62,179 nt of DNA, filler included, from Kipferlia bialata (GCA_003568945.1; 4 parts of 4 records of this genome joined end to end with filler, not necessarily neighbours in it), one strand, 5' to 3'; counted from the whole stretch's first letter, positions 25,201 through 40,740 are shown. Notes: generated by a model not told the origin, from the sequence alone. Translations and numbers: made by a program.

Positions 25201-28200
25201 CTAGCAGCTCATCAATCCTATGGTCGATCTGAATCGTAGTACGGGATTATCTCGTTAAATATCAGTGTGTTAATGTACGTTATAGTCACCTGGAGGTGGT
25301 CTAGGGCCTCTTCTAGGGCATTGGACACCCTGAAGGTGAGAAAATGTCGCCACTGGAGGTATAGCAGTATATCACTGATTGGTCTGTGGTACTCTACACT
25401 ATACAAGCATGACCAATTCATGAATAGCATACCTTTCTAGACCAGATGTCTGGTGGGTGTTGCAGTGTTCCTCATTTGGATCCTCGGACCCCTGGGGTGA
25501 GATAGGACGTGGGTGTGTAGGTGTAGGTGTAGGTGGACTCCTTAACTATATGTGTAATGTAGAAGTGAACGGCTAACACCACGTACCTGGCCATATAAGT
25601 GGGTTGAGGGGCTGCCGCTGTCACCAAGCAAGGACTTACACTGGCTTAACAGCTGTACAATCACCTGACGTGAGACAATGCAATAACAACCAAGTGTCTG
25701 CATAGTATTGAGTAATGCTGTACCTGAAGCTCCTTGAGGGGGAGAGTGTCAATAGGCTCCTCACTCAGCATGTGTGTGAAACGGACAAGGCTGGCAGCGG
25801 TGGTGGTGGCCTTCTCAATGAGGCTGTCAGTCTCCACACTACCCTCTGTGCTGAACATCGTGTCATCAAGCTGGTATAAGGGGTAGTGCACAGAGAGGCA
25901 CAGAACCAGATCAAAAAACGCATTACCTGTGTGTCTGCTGGGGCCACCTGCACTGAAGAAGAGCCTACTACATGGGAGTCTGGAGCATCCTGTCAGTCAG
26001 ATCATACAGATGACCATGTGTATTTAAGGGAGTATATCCAATACTGTAACCATGCGATGCTGAGAGCATCATATCAATACACTATATGCCAAGCATGATA
26101 AAGTACCATCCACCATACACCAAAGACAGGGTGTGTGGTACCTCAGTGCCCTGTGAGATGGGACCTATGGGGTGTGTGAGTGGCATGTCAGTGGCGGAGC
26201 CCTCTGTCTGGATGGACTGGACAGGGGTGGGACTCTGGAGTGAGGCTGCAGTACATATCACGGAATATTACATATATTGGTGGTCTGAGGAACAGAGGGT
26301 AGTACCTATATCTAACATTGAACACAACTCGTAACACATTTCATCACACATTACAATATCATTATCCTACCTGGGTGAGACCGGAGGGTACCTCTATCTG
26401 AGGGCCCTCCTGCTTAGGGACACTGGTACTGGGGCTGGTCACTGGGTAAGAATGCACCACAGGGAAGTGTATTTCAATAGTAGACACACAAGGATAATAT
26501 AATGCATATAGCTCTATGGGAGACATGCACTGCCAGTATCGCATACCAGAATAGTAATCATGACCCGAATAGTCTAGAACCTCACATAGATGTATCCATA
26601 AACATCCGCAGTATATACATATGGTATCTGTACAACATTGGGGCAATATGTTTCAATACGGCAGAGATAGACCATACCCGCACATCTCTTCGGGTCTGGT
26701 GCTATGGGGGTGGCCTGGGCCCCGACTGCCTGGGCAACCACGGACAGCACCTGGAGTAGGGAGGGGGGAGGGAGGAGATACAGCAGATGTACAGTATACA
26801 GTCAAATGCCGTATATATATATATATATACCTGGTAGAAAAGATAGAATATATATCCTCTTCTTGTGGCATCAGTATCATTGTCAGTGTCAGTATATGTG
26901 TGGTGTCGGGTACCTGCTGAGGATGGGTGTTGGGCTCGGCCTCTGCGTCTGTGTCGAGAGAGTGTAGGGGCAGAGCACCTCTGTCTCTCTCCGAACCTGT
27001 CTCAGCAGTCTCTCCCTCTCCTTCCTCATCCCCCTCTCCTACCCTCTCCCCCTCTCTCCCACCTGCCTTCTCTCCTGCTGTCATCATTGACAGTCCAAGA
27101 GGGATCTCGGGATGCAAGTCCATGGGGTGGGACGCGACCTGGGGTGAATTAGATGATATCATCTACAATGAATAGTATACAATATACACAAACCGCGCAA
27201 AAGTACCCACAACTTAGAAGTATACATACACACTATGTGCAAGAGTACCTTGGGGGTCTGTGTGTTGGCAGTCATGTCTACCTCCTGTACCTCCTGTACC
27301 TCCTGTACCTCCTCTACCTCCTGTACCTCCTCCTGCCTGTCCACCCCCCCACACACACCCCTGCCCTTAGGCTGTGTCTGTGTCTGTGCCGGTAGGTCTG
27401 GCTCTGGCTGGGGTAAGGAGGTAAGTTACAAACACAATCTATCACATATGGTACAATGTAGAGTGTATACAAATGTCTACAAAATTCACAAACACTAACA
27501 TCATTGGGGCAATAGACACAAGTGTCATATAATCCTGTCGCAACTGTGGCAATCTACTACTACATATTAATACATATATGGTTTGGGAGACCAACCATCG
27601 TCATGTGTAATGAAAATACACATGTAACAATAGGAATGCCTGTCTACCGTATATATATATATATATCTATATCTATATCTATATCTATATATATGTATAT
27701 ATGTATATATCTATCTATCCATCTATCTATCTATTCATATATCTATCTATCTATATATATTTCCCACCTCTATGCCAGTGGGCCTCCGTGGGTGTGTCCT
27801 GCCTGTCCGTGACATCGAGGGGGTGGGGCGTCCCCTATTGTTAGTAATAATCATACTCTTATAGGGAGAACTATACACCATATCCTGATGACACTATGAA
27901 TACCTCTTATCTCCCGTGTGGAGGGTCTCAGGAGGGACGTGATCACGCTGAGTGCCCTGGGGTTATATTATATACAACACACACAACTCTAGCTAGACAC
28001 CCACTATACACAAAAACATACAAGAACCCTCACCAGCGTCTCTCTCTGTATGGGAGGCTGTGGGTCCTGACACCCATATCATATATATATATAGTGGGTT
28101 CAAGGATAAAAATGACAATATACAATACAGTGACACAAACCAGACCTTCATATTGTACCTAAAGACAAGAGTAAAACAGTATAACCATGTCAGTAGCAGT

Positions 28201-31200
28201 GTCAGCAGAATGTATTAATGCGTTCTACCTTGCGTATGTAGGGACTATGGCGCATAGGGGCCTTCTTTGCTATACAGGCCCTGTACTCTGCCCTACATAT
28301 CTCCTAGGATGAGGGACTGAATTATGAAGCATATTTACGAATGACAAAGTTATATTTCCTTGGTAACAGCGAACAAGACAACATGATATATAGGTGACGA
28401 TATATATTACCACAAAACACGACCCAAGAGACTATAGTTGGGTGAACACCCACCACAAATATCTCCCAGCGGCAGTGGCGGGTCTCGACACACTTCACCT
28501 CTCCCCAGACCTGAGGTCAGAAGAAGTAGAGTGAAGAGGGGAGGAGACAATGACGACACACTCCTATACCAGCTGACCACCACACACAGGGGACACCCAC
28601 CTGTCTCATGTGCTGCAAGTACTGATCCTCGTCCTAGTTATTAGAAGCGTGTATTGGCAACATTACGAGACACTGTCGATGACAGAGAAGCCGTTAACCC
28701 AGTATATAGGACAAATACACGATATATGCCTCTGTCGGGCAAAAAAATGAGTCTCACAATACTAATACTGTAAAAACTGAGACTCAGTATCAGTATCATC
28801 GCACCTCAGACCTAAGGCGATTCTCCTCATCTATGTCTCTAGCAGTCAACTCGCCAGTGTCCTAGAGTGAGAAGAAGTGGGATGGTGTTTATGGTGCAAT
28901 TTGTATTACTAAACAGAATAGTAAGGTGACAATACTAGTAAACGGCAGTAGTATACAACAACACATGAATATAGGATATGCCAAAGGATAAGTATAAGGG
29001 TAACTAGTATTGTATATCAATCAATCATCACTTTTAAGATCATTGTGTCACATGACACTAACACATATATGTGTATACAATCAGAGGACGACATAAAGCA
29101 CATGTATGTACCTTCTTCACGCTCAAGCGAATACTGCGGGCCTTCATGCAACCAACCTATTAATGAGATAAGATGAATTGGATGAATGAGAACACTAGTA
29201 TAATATGAGCTAAATCTATGTCTTAGCCGAGACCCATAGTAACATGCAGACATAGAATGTGGTATAATATGACGTAAGAAGAGACAGTCAGTATCTACCA
29301 GCCGAGTGTCATTGCTATCCCTTGGCACATAATACCAAACATACCTGATGCTCTATCTCCCTCTCGGATTTTCTCTTGAGAACATTTTGCATACGGGCTA
29401 TCTTCTCCTGATCTGAGTACATATTTGAAGGGATGTTGCAATAGAATATCACGTAAGCCAGCACCCTTGTCACAACCTAGTCAATCACAAGAAGCATCAA
29501 CATTACATACAAGCACAGTCATACCGTTGGCACATCCTCGGTCTCCCGGCTGGCCCACACATAATCATTGAGCCATGCCTAGTATCAGTATCATATGAGG
29601 AGAACAGTGCGCGTGAGGGTCGGGCTTCTCATCCAATGACGACATAAAAGCAGTATGTGAGGTGATATAAACATGTATAACACATATAGTACATATATAC
29701 AACAACGGGTATTTGCATGTAACTCACCTCTAGAGAAAGCACTGGAGGCACTCTCCGGTGTGTCCGGAGGGGGGCCTGGGAGTGAGTACACTAATGTGTA
29801 TATATATATCACACACACACATATATATATATATCTAGACCTGACACAGGGATATAACTTATGAATATGAACGCATTCAGAACAGACGATTGTTTGCAAA
29901 CATGGTAACAAGAGGGTCTCTTCAATATGAGGTAATTACTACACAGACGACATTTACGCAATTGCCCTACCTTAGCAGCAGATCCAGCCTTGTGCCGTGA
30001 CCTGTCGGTACCGCTGCTCTGCAGTGAGTGTAGGGTGGGCTTAGAGACAGGAAACTGAAGGGGAATAGAGGTAAGACATCACTTTGATTACCAAGCCACT
30101 TCATATCTTTGAGTCAATCACTATACACTACATATGTATACTATATGTATAAGTACATATGTATCATATCCACGTTCTGTTAACGTGTCAGTACATACCT
30201 TCACACGTCCTGTCCCTGGCTGTGTGTGTGGGTTACCCCGAGTCCCGAGGATAATGGGGGTATAGGCTCTCTGGGAGTTAGACAAATGGTGACCATGCAC
30301 GGCATTGTATTGTAATGATTATCAATATATGTATAATGTAATGATCATCAATATATTTGCTGACACCCATATGAGGAAATGTGTGTTAGCTGAATGAGTA
30401 TTGAATTCAGGTCCGCTTCTATAACTCTAGACAACACCTAGTAGTACCTGCACCACTGGGTTTCTCTCCCTTAGTGCTACATCTGCACCAGTCCTGGACA
30501 GGGTCTGAGTGTCTCGAACAGTCCGCCTTTCCTCGTCTCTCTCTCTCTCTCCATGGGCTCCCTTGACCTGACACGTGAGGCTATAGGGGTATGAGGGTAT
30601 ATGGGCATGAGGGGATGAGGGGATGAGTTAAGGATATATGAAACAGGTATCAGTATCAGTATCACTAACTGTATGTGAGTGAGGGGTAAATGAGTCAGGA
30701 GGAAAGGGACAAGCAATGCAACTATACTGCCACTCCCATACTCCCTATCCCAGTATCTAAGGAGAGAGAGAAATGAAATCAAAGGGAGCATATACAGTAA
30801 TGAGGCACAGTATGTTCGTGGTGGCATGTACCTGTGTACCAGTCTTCTTCCTTGCGAGAGGGGGTCAGGGTGCAGACGAGGCCTGGCATGAGACATCAAG
30901 GGAAGGGGGAGAGGGGGGGAAGTCACGGGTCAAATACACCAACGGTCCCCTATATATGATACATCCGCAAAGAAGGTTGCCAATGAGCAATAAAAAAATA
31001 ACTTGAAACATGGATTACTCACATATAATGATATGTTCTACCTATCCGCCACTCTCTCCCCCTCCCTCTCTCTCGTCATCTCCCCTGCCCCCCCCCCCCC
31101 CGCTCTCTATATGTCAATACAGCCTCATCATATAGCACCACTAACAATATGCGTATCAGCAGAGGTGTAGCACTACATCCATGTGCCTGGGCTCCCATAC

Positions 31201-31807
31201 CAGTACCAGTGTCAGTATCACTCAGCCCCCTTGCACTAGGTATACGGGTCATGGCTTCTCTCTGCCTGTCTCCCCTCCGTGCAACCTAGGCATGAGACCA
31301 GATCCATCTACTACATATCTGAACCCATACATTGACCATCAGAGACAAAGGGACACGTACAACATGAATACGTATGCATCTCCATATATATATACATATA
31401 TACATATATATAACCGATCACGCTGTCACTAGTGGTACTGGCTCCCATACCTGAGCCTCGGGGAAAGCTGCACTGTGGGAACCCCTCGACTGTGGTGCAC
31501 CAGTGCGTCTCGAGTCGGTTGAGGCCGTGGAACTGCCCTTGGGTCAGGAGTTAGAAGGAGTAGAAGAAGTAAGTAGCAGAGAGACAGATAGCAACACTCT
31601 CTTGGCTGCATCATACCCTTTCGACACGTGCTCTGACACACCTCATATTCACACACTATATGTGTACACACACTATACACAATATGTGTAAACAACCCCG
31701 ACCTGGGACTGGGCCACCGGGGTGGCATGAGTCTCACTGACCTTCACTTGGCCTTTGCGACCAGCGAATCGGCTCAGACGACTGAGAGACCTACTCATCT
31801 CGTCAAG
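19223..31807 (-). CDS. Gene C: very large multi-exon hypothetical protein (disordered N-terminal part, helical middle), truncated at both ends
   Basis: Dozens of minus-strand exons with ctcaccccag-type acceptors and GT donors, e.g. LDEMSRSLSRLSRFAGRKG (31.7k), DQEKIARMQNVLKRKSERE (29.4k), EICRAEYRACIAKKAP (28.3k), WRHFLTFRVSNALEEALDHLQ (25.3k), TALDSFLVRVLPFLDVALTD (25.0k), RRTFAEDVQLSQEHVALCHNLRG (19.5k), RDSFLSQMHIHRGQ (19.2k). No stop/start break was seen, but not every junction was checked, so it could be more than one gene. Confidence 0.6.
19936..20072 (-). repeat. 24-nt coding tandem repeat (SAPTAACA/SAPTAARP) in gene C
   Basis: Units of gtgggtgcagagg… repeat about 5-6 times. The ORF track shows PSAPTAARPSAPTAACASAPTAARPSAPTAACASAPTAACASAP. 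Confidence 0.9.
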
Positions 31808-31868
31808 CTGAGGTAAGGATGGCCATCAAGGGTAGGGGGGGGGGGGGGGGCCCGGGGGCCCTCCTCTA

Positions 31869-31968
31869 NNNNNNNNNNNNNNNNNNNNNNNNNNNNNNNN
31901 NNNNNNNNNNNNTTAATTAATTAANNNNNNNNNNNNNNNNNNNNNNNNNNNNNNNNNNNNNNNNNNNN
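31869..31968. other. Artificial contig-joining spacer
   Basis: N44-TTAATTAATTAA-N44, flanked by poly-G tracts. Confidence 0.97.
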
Positions 31969-32009
31969 TTTTTTTTTGTAGTTGTTGGGGGGGGGGGGGG
32001 GGGGGGGGA

Positions 32010-34024
32010 TGACGCAGGTCAAGCTTCACAAGGTATGCTTAGGAGGCATCCATATCCATGCCTTAACTATCACGTATTCAATTGCCCCTATCCCAGGTCA
32101 CATATACAGTATATATACGTTTTCTTTATATACATGAATGTATATACTTATGTGGGAGGGGTGGGGGGGGGACGACGCGCACGTCATGCTTCACAAGGGA
32201 TGCGTACCAGGCATCCATATCCACACACAGATTCACTAACATATATTCAATTGCCCCCATCCCATGTCATGTAAAATTATATTAATTGATAATTCATTGT
32301 ATGCATGAATGTATTGGGATATGTATTAATATGTACCCTCATCCCAGGTCCCACGTCCCAGAGAGTGCTGCCCTCAACGGTGTCATGGCCAGTAGGCCAA
32401 GACCTCCCAGGGTATGGTCAAATATAAGCTGTATATACAGTTACACATACAGATACGGATATATATTCATATGTATACTTTCTATTGTTGATATATACCA
32501 GTGCATGCAGGATTCCCCTCTCACCTCAGGTCATGGGCAGGAGTAGCAGTAGCAGCGGAGTAGCAAGGGACAAGCAAGAGACAGAGAGAGAGAGAGAGGC
32601 AGGGGTGCAGCGTGTGATGTCTGTTGGGTCTCTAGGTGCCAAGGGCCCAGTCAGAGAGAGACCATCCATACCCCTCCCCACTCCTCTCAACAGAAGGAGG
32701 AGGGAGAGTGCTCTACCACCCCTGTCTGTCAAGGGAGGGCCCCCAGCTTACTCAGTGCTACCCGGCATAGCATCCCACCCCATACCTGGACCTGCACCTA
32801 CTAGACAGTCTAGGGGTTCTGCACCGTCTATACCATACAGTGACCTACCCACCCGGGGCAGTGAGGGTGATAGAGACGTGAGTGCAGGGTTGAGCTTTGA
32901 GAGTGACGTTGTGTCACGGCCAGGCCGTGTGATAGACGAGACAGAGAGAGAGAGAGAGAGAGAGATGGACATGGACCTTGGATTGTTGGGGAGAGAATCA
33001 CCTACACCCGTGGCCTCACACCGACCCATGCGTTACTCGCCCATGCCGTCTCGGTCTGTATCCCCTGCACCTCTGGACACAAGTGGCCTGGTGGCAGAGC
33101 CTATCTCAGTCTCAGACGCACCGAGGGGGCTAGGTATATACTTATACAAGTATAGAGAGTGTTATTCCATAGTATATATATGTATATATATGTGTGTGTG
33201 TGTGTGTATACTTTGACACCAGGTGTGGATGACGGCAGGGTCGGGTCCAGACGCGGCACCCCTCGCTCCAGGGCACCTGGCCTACCCCGGCCCCACATAC
33301 CCCGGCCACCCCCACCTAGACGCACCAATAGTGGTGTGAGGGTGGGGGCACCAGGGGGTCCCAGAGGTGCTGAGCCACCCCTGGGCTCACCCTCCTTTGG
33401 GTCTGATGGTGCCAAGGGTAGTACTATGGGTGAGGGTGCTCCACCTGATGGACCTGCACCTGCTGTGCCGGAGAGTGTCATGAGACTCAGGAGACTGAGG
33501 TATGTAGTCAGTCGCACACTGTCCTTTGAACTCGGCATGTGATAACTCATCTCTGTATCTGGCTCCCTTGCCAAGGGAGACTCTCTATCTCTCTCTCTCT
33601 CTCTCTGTCTCACTTTTATCAATATTCATATTTGCAGTGGTTACACACTTCTTCCCTCACCCCAGGTCAGCTGCCCTTGCCAAGGGTGACTCTCACTCTC
33701 TCTTTCTCTCTATCTATCTCTCTCTCTATCTCCATTCTCTATATTCCTCTGTATGTGTATATTCATAATAGGTCAGCTGCCCTTGCCAAGGGTGACTCTC
33801 TCTCTCTTACTTGTCTCTTCGTATCTCTCTATACTATTGTGTCTCTCTATTCATGCCTCATTATAGGTCAGCCGCCCTTGCCAAGGGAGACTCACTCTAT
33901 CTCTATATCTCCATTCTCTCCTTGTAAACACCAAATGTATCCATCACTACCTAACCCCAGGTCTGCCGCCCTTGCCAAGGGTGACTCTGTGGCAGCCAGC
34001 GTGTCAGAGAGGACAGGGTGGTGA
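32010..34024 (+). CDS. Gene D: 3' part of a Pro/Ser/Arg-rich disordered hypothetical protein
   Basis: Exons ~32349-32411 (SHVPESAALNGVMASRPRPPR), 32530-33133, 33223-33499 and 33961-34024 (SAALAKGDSVAASVSERTGW*). The 5' end is lost at the spacer. Confidence 0.7.
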
Positions 34025-34202
34025 TTGTAACAATAGATAGATTAGCTGCTTGATACTTTAACTCTGAGGAGTGTCAACTCTTGAAAGAAGTAACACATAC
34101 AAAACCTGGTCTATTTGGGCCACAGACGAAACATACAAAACGAATAGAGACACAATATTGATACAAACGACCCTTACGACAGGCTACACCATTTGCTCCT
34201 TG

Positions 34203-37200
34203 TCACCGTGACATGTCGGCAAACAGGTCAGAGGGCATGGCCAGTGCGGGGGAGGTGGTGCCCTGGCGCAGAAGGGACCCCCTGCCCTTACCCCTAGCAC
34301 CTCTAGGCCCTCTGGTACCGACCCCGCCAGGCAGGGGAGGGGGGAGGTCCATACCCACCCCACCCTCTGCCTCTATAGTCACTTCGACTGTCTCAACAGG
34401 TGGCGCACGCTCACCAGCGAGCCTCGCCCCCCTACCCCTAGGAGCAGGGGCAGGCACACTGCCCTTCCTGGACAGACGTCTAGGGGGGGAGGGCATGGCC
34501 TGGGGGTGGGTGTAGTATATGTATACCAGCGCGTACAATATAATGGTATATATACATGAATAATTATATGTAAATATGAATGTGTGCCTAGGGGGGGAGG
34601 GCATGGCCTGGGGGTGGGTGGATGTGTGAACAAGGATAGTATATTCATGAGCGTCGTACACTGTGCAGTATATATGCCTAAGAGTGTATGACCCCGTACC
34701 TTGAGGTTGGATGACAGCATCGAGTTGGTCAGGCTGTCAATGTCACTACTGCGGCGCCTGAGGGTGAGATAACGAGTACACACCATATACAGTATATGTA
34801 TTGACTGATGTACGCACCTTGGCGTGACTGGTACCAGCACAGGGAGACAGAGAGGGGTCATTCATGCGGCTTATATACCTATATACAATACTAGTATACT
34901 CAGTAAATACTTCGCTACCTTGGCGTGACTGGCACAAGCACAGCCATCGACCTCTGCCTCTTGCTAGCCATACCCCCACCCATGCCTGGTCTGACAGGGG
35001 GTGCCTCGATGGCACCACTCCGCACTGCCTTCTCCTTCTTGCCCCTGGCACTCTGCTGCTCATCCTGCGTCTTGACCTGCATCGTTAGAGATATTGATAC
35101 ATAGTAATATATATATGTGTGTGTGTGTATGAGGTATGCAATAATGGCACTCTGCTGCTCATCCTGCGTCTTGACCTGCAAGGTTAGAGATAATAATCTA
35201 TAGTAATATATATATATGTGTGTGTGTGGTATACAATAGTGGCACTCTGCTGCTCATCCTGGGTCTTGACCTAGATGTAAGTATATACACAGTATGCTAT
35301 GCTACATCTAGAGATACACACTCTGTTGCTCATCTTGTGTCTTGACTTAGATGTGAGATGTATATACTTGGTGATATAGAGATGATATAAACGCACTAGA
35401 GTATGTATATAGTGTACATACAAGATGCACGTACCTGGTTGCTGAGTGCCGGGTTCTTGTCCAGCACCCTGGCCCCCAGTATGGCCAGTACCATACCGGC
35501 CACAGCCATGAACAGGACACCAACTAGGGCATAGTGCATCGTGACAGTCACGGCCTAGGGGTAAATACTGTAAGTATGCATATGTGTAAGTATTACTATG
35601 AATATATATGAATGTATACATACTGACAAGGGCATAGTGCATCGTGACAGTCACAGCCTAGAAATTAGTATACTATATAGATATATATAGATATGTGTGC
35701 AAGTATTACTATATGTATATATGAATATATACAGCGACCCGGGCATAGTGCATCGTCACAGTGACTGCCTGTTATATGAGTATCAGCATATCACTGTATA
35801 CATGTATGAAAGTAGTACTATGTATGTATATACATATATACAGCGATAGTGACTGCCTAGGTGTCAGGAGACATATATATACAGGCAAAATGGAAATATA
35901 ATCTAGACACCACCCATACCTCTGGCTGCAAGGGGAGTGACACAGGCAGTCTCACCGATGAGGGAAGGAACCTCAGGGAGGTGGCAACTGGAGACTCATC
36001 CTAGAGGTGAGTATGGCAGTATTTCTCTCTCTCTCTCTCACTCTCTCTCTCTCACTATATATATATATATATGAGTGTGTGTACCTGGTAGGAATTGGGC
36101 ACGAACTGCTTGGTGCCGTCACTCCAGACCGAGTACGAGAACCGTGTACTGTACTGCCTGAGCACCCCAAGTAGATTGGTGCAGCAGAGGACAGAGTGGG
36201 CAAAGGCGAAGAGGTACTCACTCAACATGTTGAAGCCAGACAGACAGGGCCTTCTAACCAATAGCACACATAGGTAGAGACCCGATGTGCAGACCATAAT
36301 GACAGCGGAATAGGAGGGGAAGGGGCCGAAGAGAGAGACACACCAGGCACACACCCAGGAGCGTGTGAGGGAGAGGAGGAGGAACCACCACGACTGGGTG
36401 CGGTAGGAGAGGTAGGCACACCCGACCCCCTTGTAGGATGTGACATTGTCCAACCCCCTTGCCCTGGCTGCTACCAGTCTCACAAACACAGAGAAGGGGA
36501 GTAACACCCCAAAGAGTGCCGCCCCTACTAATGCCACCACTGTCCTAGCACCATATGCAGTCATGGGTGCGACGGAGAGTGTCTCCTCAGCATCGTATGC
36601 ATAGGTGATGGTCAGGGAGTCACCTGTCAGCACCAAGGGGTATATGGATGTGCCTATGACAGTGAGTACGGGCAGCATGCAGACCATGATGTAGAAGAGG
36701 GTGGTGCCCCTGCGGCTGGCTCGCATCACACCCTTGGCATACTCACTCCGCCCTGCCCTCCCTCCACCGGCATGGGCTAGTTCGCCTGGGGGGTGAGGAG
36801 TTGATGTAGCATAGATAACAAAGTATATACTATATGGAGTATGTCACGCTGTACCTCTTGTGAGCCTGCACCTGGACACTGGCACTGCCACCCCCAGCGA
36901 CACTATGCACACTATCATGGGCCACGCCAGTCTGCCCGTCTCTGACACAGCGGTGTCAGAGGATACACACTCTGGGGGGACAGAGAGGGAGGGGTAGAGC
37001 ATGGGCAGGTCGAAGGCTGCTGCCACCCTCCTAGCCACTAGGGGGAAGTCAACCTCGAGGCGGAGGGAGAGGGCGAGGGTCTGGGGGGTCAGTCGAGTAG
37101 GGGACACTATATATATTCAAATATGTGTGTGTGTATGTACCTGCATGGATAGGATGGCTGGCAGCACTCCAGCTGCATATCTCTCGTTCCTGAGTGCTGT

Positions 37201-40166
37201 CATGACGCATGGGTATATGAACAGACCCCCCAGGGCAGTCATCACAAGGGACGTGGTAAGGGGCCAGGAGCCCGCCTGTGGTTATTGTTAGTGTAAGCAA
37301 GAGAGTATATAATGTAACTGCCAACACTATTGAACAAATGAATATATGTATATATAGTACCTCCTCTAAGTAATCTGACTGCGATGTCATCAGGGACACT
37401 CTCTCAGATATTGTACAATATATGTAGTACTTATACCATTATACATATATATGTGTGTGCGAATATACCTCCTCTAAATAGTCTGACTGTGAGGTCATCT
37501 GAGACACTCTCTCTGACGGTGTCAGCAGAGATGTCAGGTCGTCCCAGGGGGATGAGACACCGGAGGGGCAGGGGACACAGTGCGACATGCCTAGGATTAG
37601 AATGTATGTATACTGAGTAATATATGAGACTAGGATACCACTGGAAATATATTGTCTATAGTGGTATAAGTCAAGGGGGTAAGGGACACAGTGCGACATG
37701 CCTAGAATTTGACTATTGACTAGGGATAATACAATAGAAGACATATACTATAGTATACATATGGTATTGTACTTAAGTAGTATATATGCCAGAGGGGCAG
37801 GGGACACAGTGACATGCCTAGAGTCAGACTAGCATGTTGTAGTATATACACACCTAGTCTTACTATACATCTATACAAATAGTATAACACTACAAATGGA
37901 ATATTTACATACACACACCAAGAGGTCTGAAGTAGTCAGTATCAGTATCAGTATATATACTACATATATTACATACTATATATCACATCCATACACACCT
38001 AGAGGTCTGAAGTAGTCCTCTGAACACGCAGAGCACAGGGAGTGGGTGTGGCCTGGGGTGAGTACTGATATATACACATATTCACACATACACATATATA
38101 TAAGGGGGAGGGGGGGGGCGGAGAGAGCATAGCCACGTACCTGGAATGCACACCCCTTCTGCATCCACCGGTGCCACATATGCAGCAGAGTAGTACTCTG
38201 TGTCAACTGATACAAAGTCAGTGTTGACAGGGTCAGAGTCACTGTCCTTAACCATGTATGCAGCAGTGGAAGTGTCTGTTGTGATGGACGATATGATGCC
38301 ACCGTCGTCGTCTGTCAGGATACTGGGGTGAGGGTATACTATACACTGAGACATATACATATATATATATATATGTGGATATAGATAGATTGTCCCTCTC
38401 ACCTGTAAACCTCTGGGTTACCGCATCTCTCGTCCAGGATACCATACCCACACAGCGTCACTGCATAGTCTCTGTCTATGATACTCTCGACAGAAGAGGC
38501 GTCCAGCCAGTAGCCTGGGTCAGACATACATGTCTCTACAAGTACACCTAATTGTGGTACATATGGCAGAGTCTAGAATGACAGACAGTAGAAGTAGAAC
38601 AACACACTACATACCTAGTGTTGGTAGCAGTGTAAGTCCCCCTGGGCATGCCACAGCATCAGGGCAGAGGGAGCACACATTGTCATAGCCCACACTGAAG
38701 GGTGAGGGTGGTATATATGAAAATCCAAAGAGATTAATGACTTTCTAAATATGGATATGCATTTCGGGACACACATTGTCATAGCCCACACTAAAGGGTG
38801 AGAGGTAAATACAGAACAATAGAAATAGAATGGCGACTGTACATGTGAGTGTATACAATGTACTCTCTGAAGGGTGAGAGGGGAGTTAAAATCAATATCT
38901 ATATATGTTAATCACTCACCGTGTAGTGTCACACACGCACAGCTCACTGGACCCACTACCCTCTGCCAGAGTGGTGCTGTCTATGCATGGCACACACTCA
39001 GTCATGCCCAGGGAGGGCTGGTACTCACCTGGAGGTAAGGGAGCGTACCAATATAGAGAGAGACATAGTGTGTTCACTCACCCACTATACAGTCTAAGCA
39101 GTAGTCCTTGGATATAAACTACGTATAATACAACTACAATAACTAGTATTCAATAATAAGTATGTAAACTCACCCACTACACAGTCTAAGCAGTAGTCCA
39201 TGCCGACCTCTGGGCCATAGGTGCCTATGGGGCAGGGGTCACACACGGACATGCCTGGCATGAGTGACACACCAATAGAGAGTGAAAAAATAGACTTAAC
39301 TAAAGTTGATATATATGCGTACTCAGTACACATTGGAGGATTGCTTCAGAGACCGATGAGACGTGACACTCAATACAAGCCATACATGAATATACATGCA
39401 TACATATACCTGCCAATGGCTGCTGGTACCCCTCTCCACACTCGGTGCAGCCATCATATCTGGGGGGGGTAAGGCGAGAATAATTTTGGTGGGTGGATGG
39501 GAGTGCCGAGTAAGAAGGGGAATGAAAACTGAAATAGAATAGATACTCTTTACCTGTTACCAACCGAGCCGGGCTCACACTCACAGACAGCCTGGGGTCA
39601 GGTATCAATAGTACAAAGGTAGATAGTAGTAATATAAAGGAGAGGAAGCAATAATTGTTTATAGACATACGATTATATATGTCTACCTGTACGTATAGGG
39701 CGTCATCTGGGATGGGACAGCTGAACACGTTCCCAGTGATGTCGAGGAAGGTGAGTGCAGGGCAGATACCCGTGACAAGCAGGCCATCCAGACTGTTGGA
39801 AGCGAGTGACAGTGTGGACAATGTGCCCGATGAGGTGGCTGATGCACAGTACGTGTCTGAGTAGCAGTCGGCCATGATGCCACCTTCTAGGCTGTTATCG
39901 CTGAGGTCAGTAATACTATAATACAATATTAACATTTATACAGTATATGTAATAATAATTATATGAAACTAATACTGATACTGATAGCGATACCTGAGGT
40001 CCAGTGCAGTGAGGGAGGGGTGGTTGGACAGGATGCCCTCGGGGATGGAGCCTGGGGTGAGGGTGGGTATATTTAATATATATATATGGTATATATGGTA
40101 TATATGGTATATATATGGTAAATACCAACTGGACAGGATGCCCTCGGGGATGAAGCCTGGGGTTGG

Positions 40167-40210
<44 letters not shown>

Positions 40211-40740
40211 TATATATGGTAAACATGGTATATATCAACTGGACAGGATGCCCTCGGGGATGGAGCCCGGGGTGAGAGTGGGTATGTATGTAAAAAGTGG
40301 CCACAACTAGTACCTGACCTCTCTACAATATATATACAAAATAATACACTCTAACATGTAGCGAATTATATCCATCGTCTCTAGTGTACCTGACAGCTTG
40401 TTCCCCTGTAGATACACCTCCCTGAGCCCAGCTGCATCAGTACTGGCCAGAGTGTCAGGCAGGGACTCTGTGTACCTAGTATTAATATACATCTAGATAC
40501 AAATATATATATATATATGTATATATATATAGAGAGAGAGCGAGAGCGAGATACCCATTGTTCTCAAGGTGGATGGTCTCAATGAGGGGGCAGGAGAAGA
40601 GAGAGGAGGGCAGCTCATTCTGGAAGGCATTCCCAGACATGTCGATTGAGACAAGCTGGTGTTAAGGGTGTAGGGAGAGAGAGAGAGAGAGAGAGGCATT
40701 GCCAGACATGTCGATGGAGACAAGCTGGTGTTAAGGGTGT

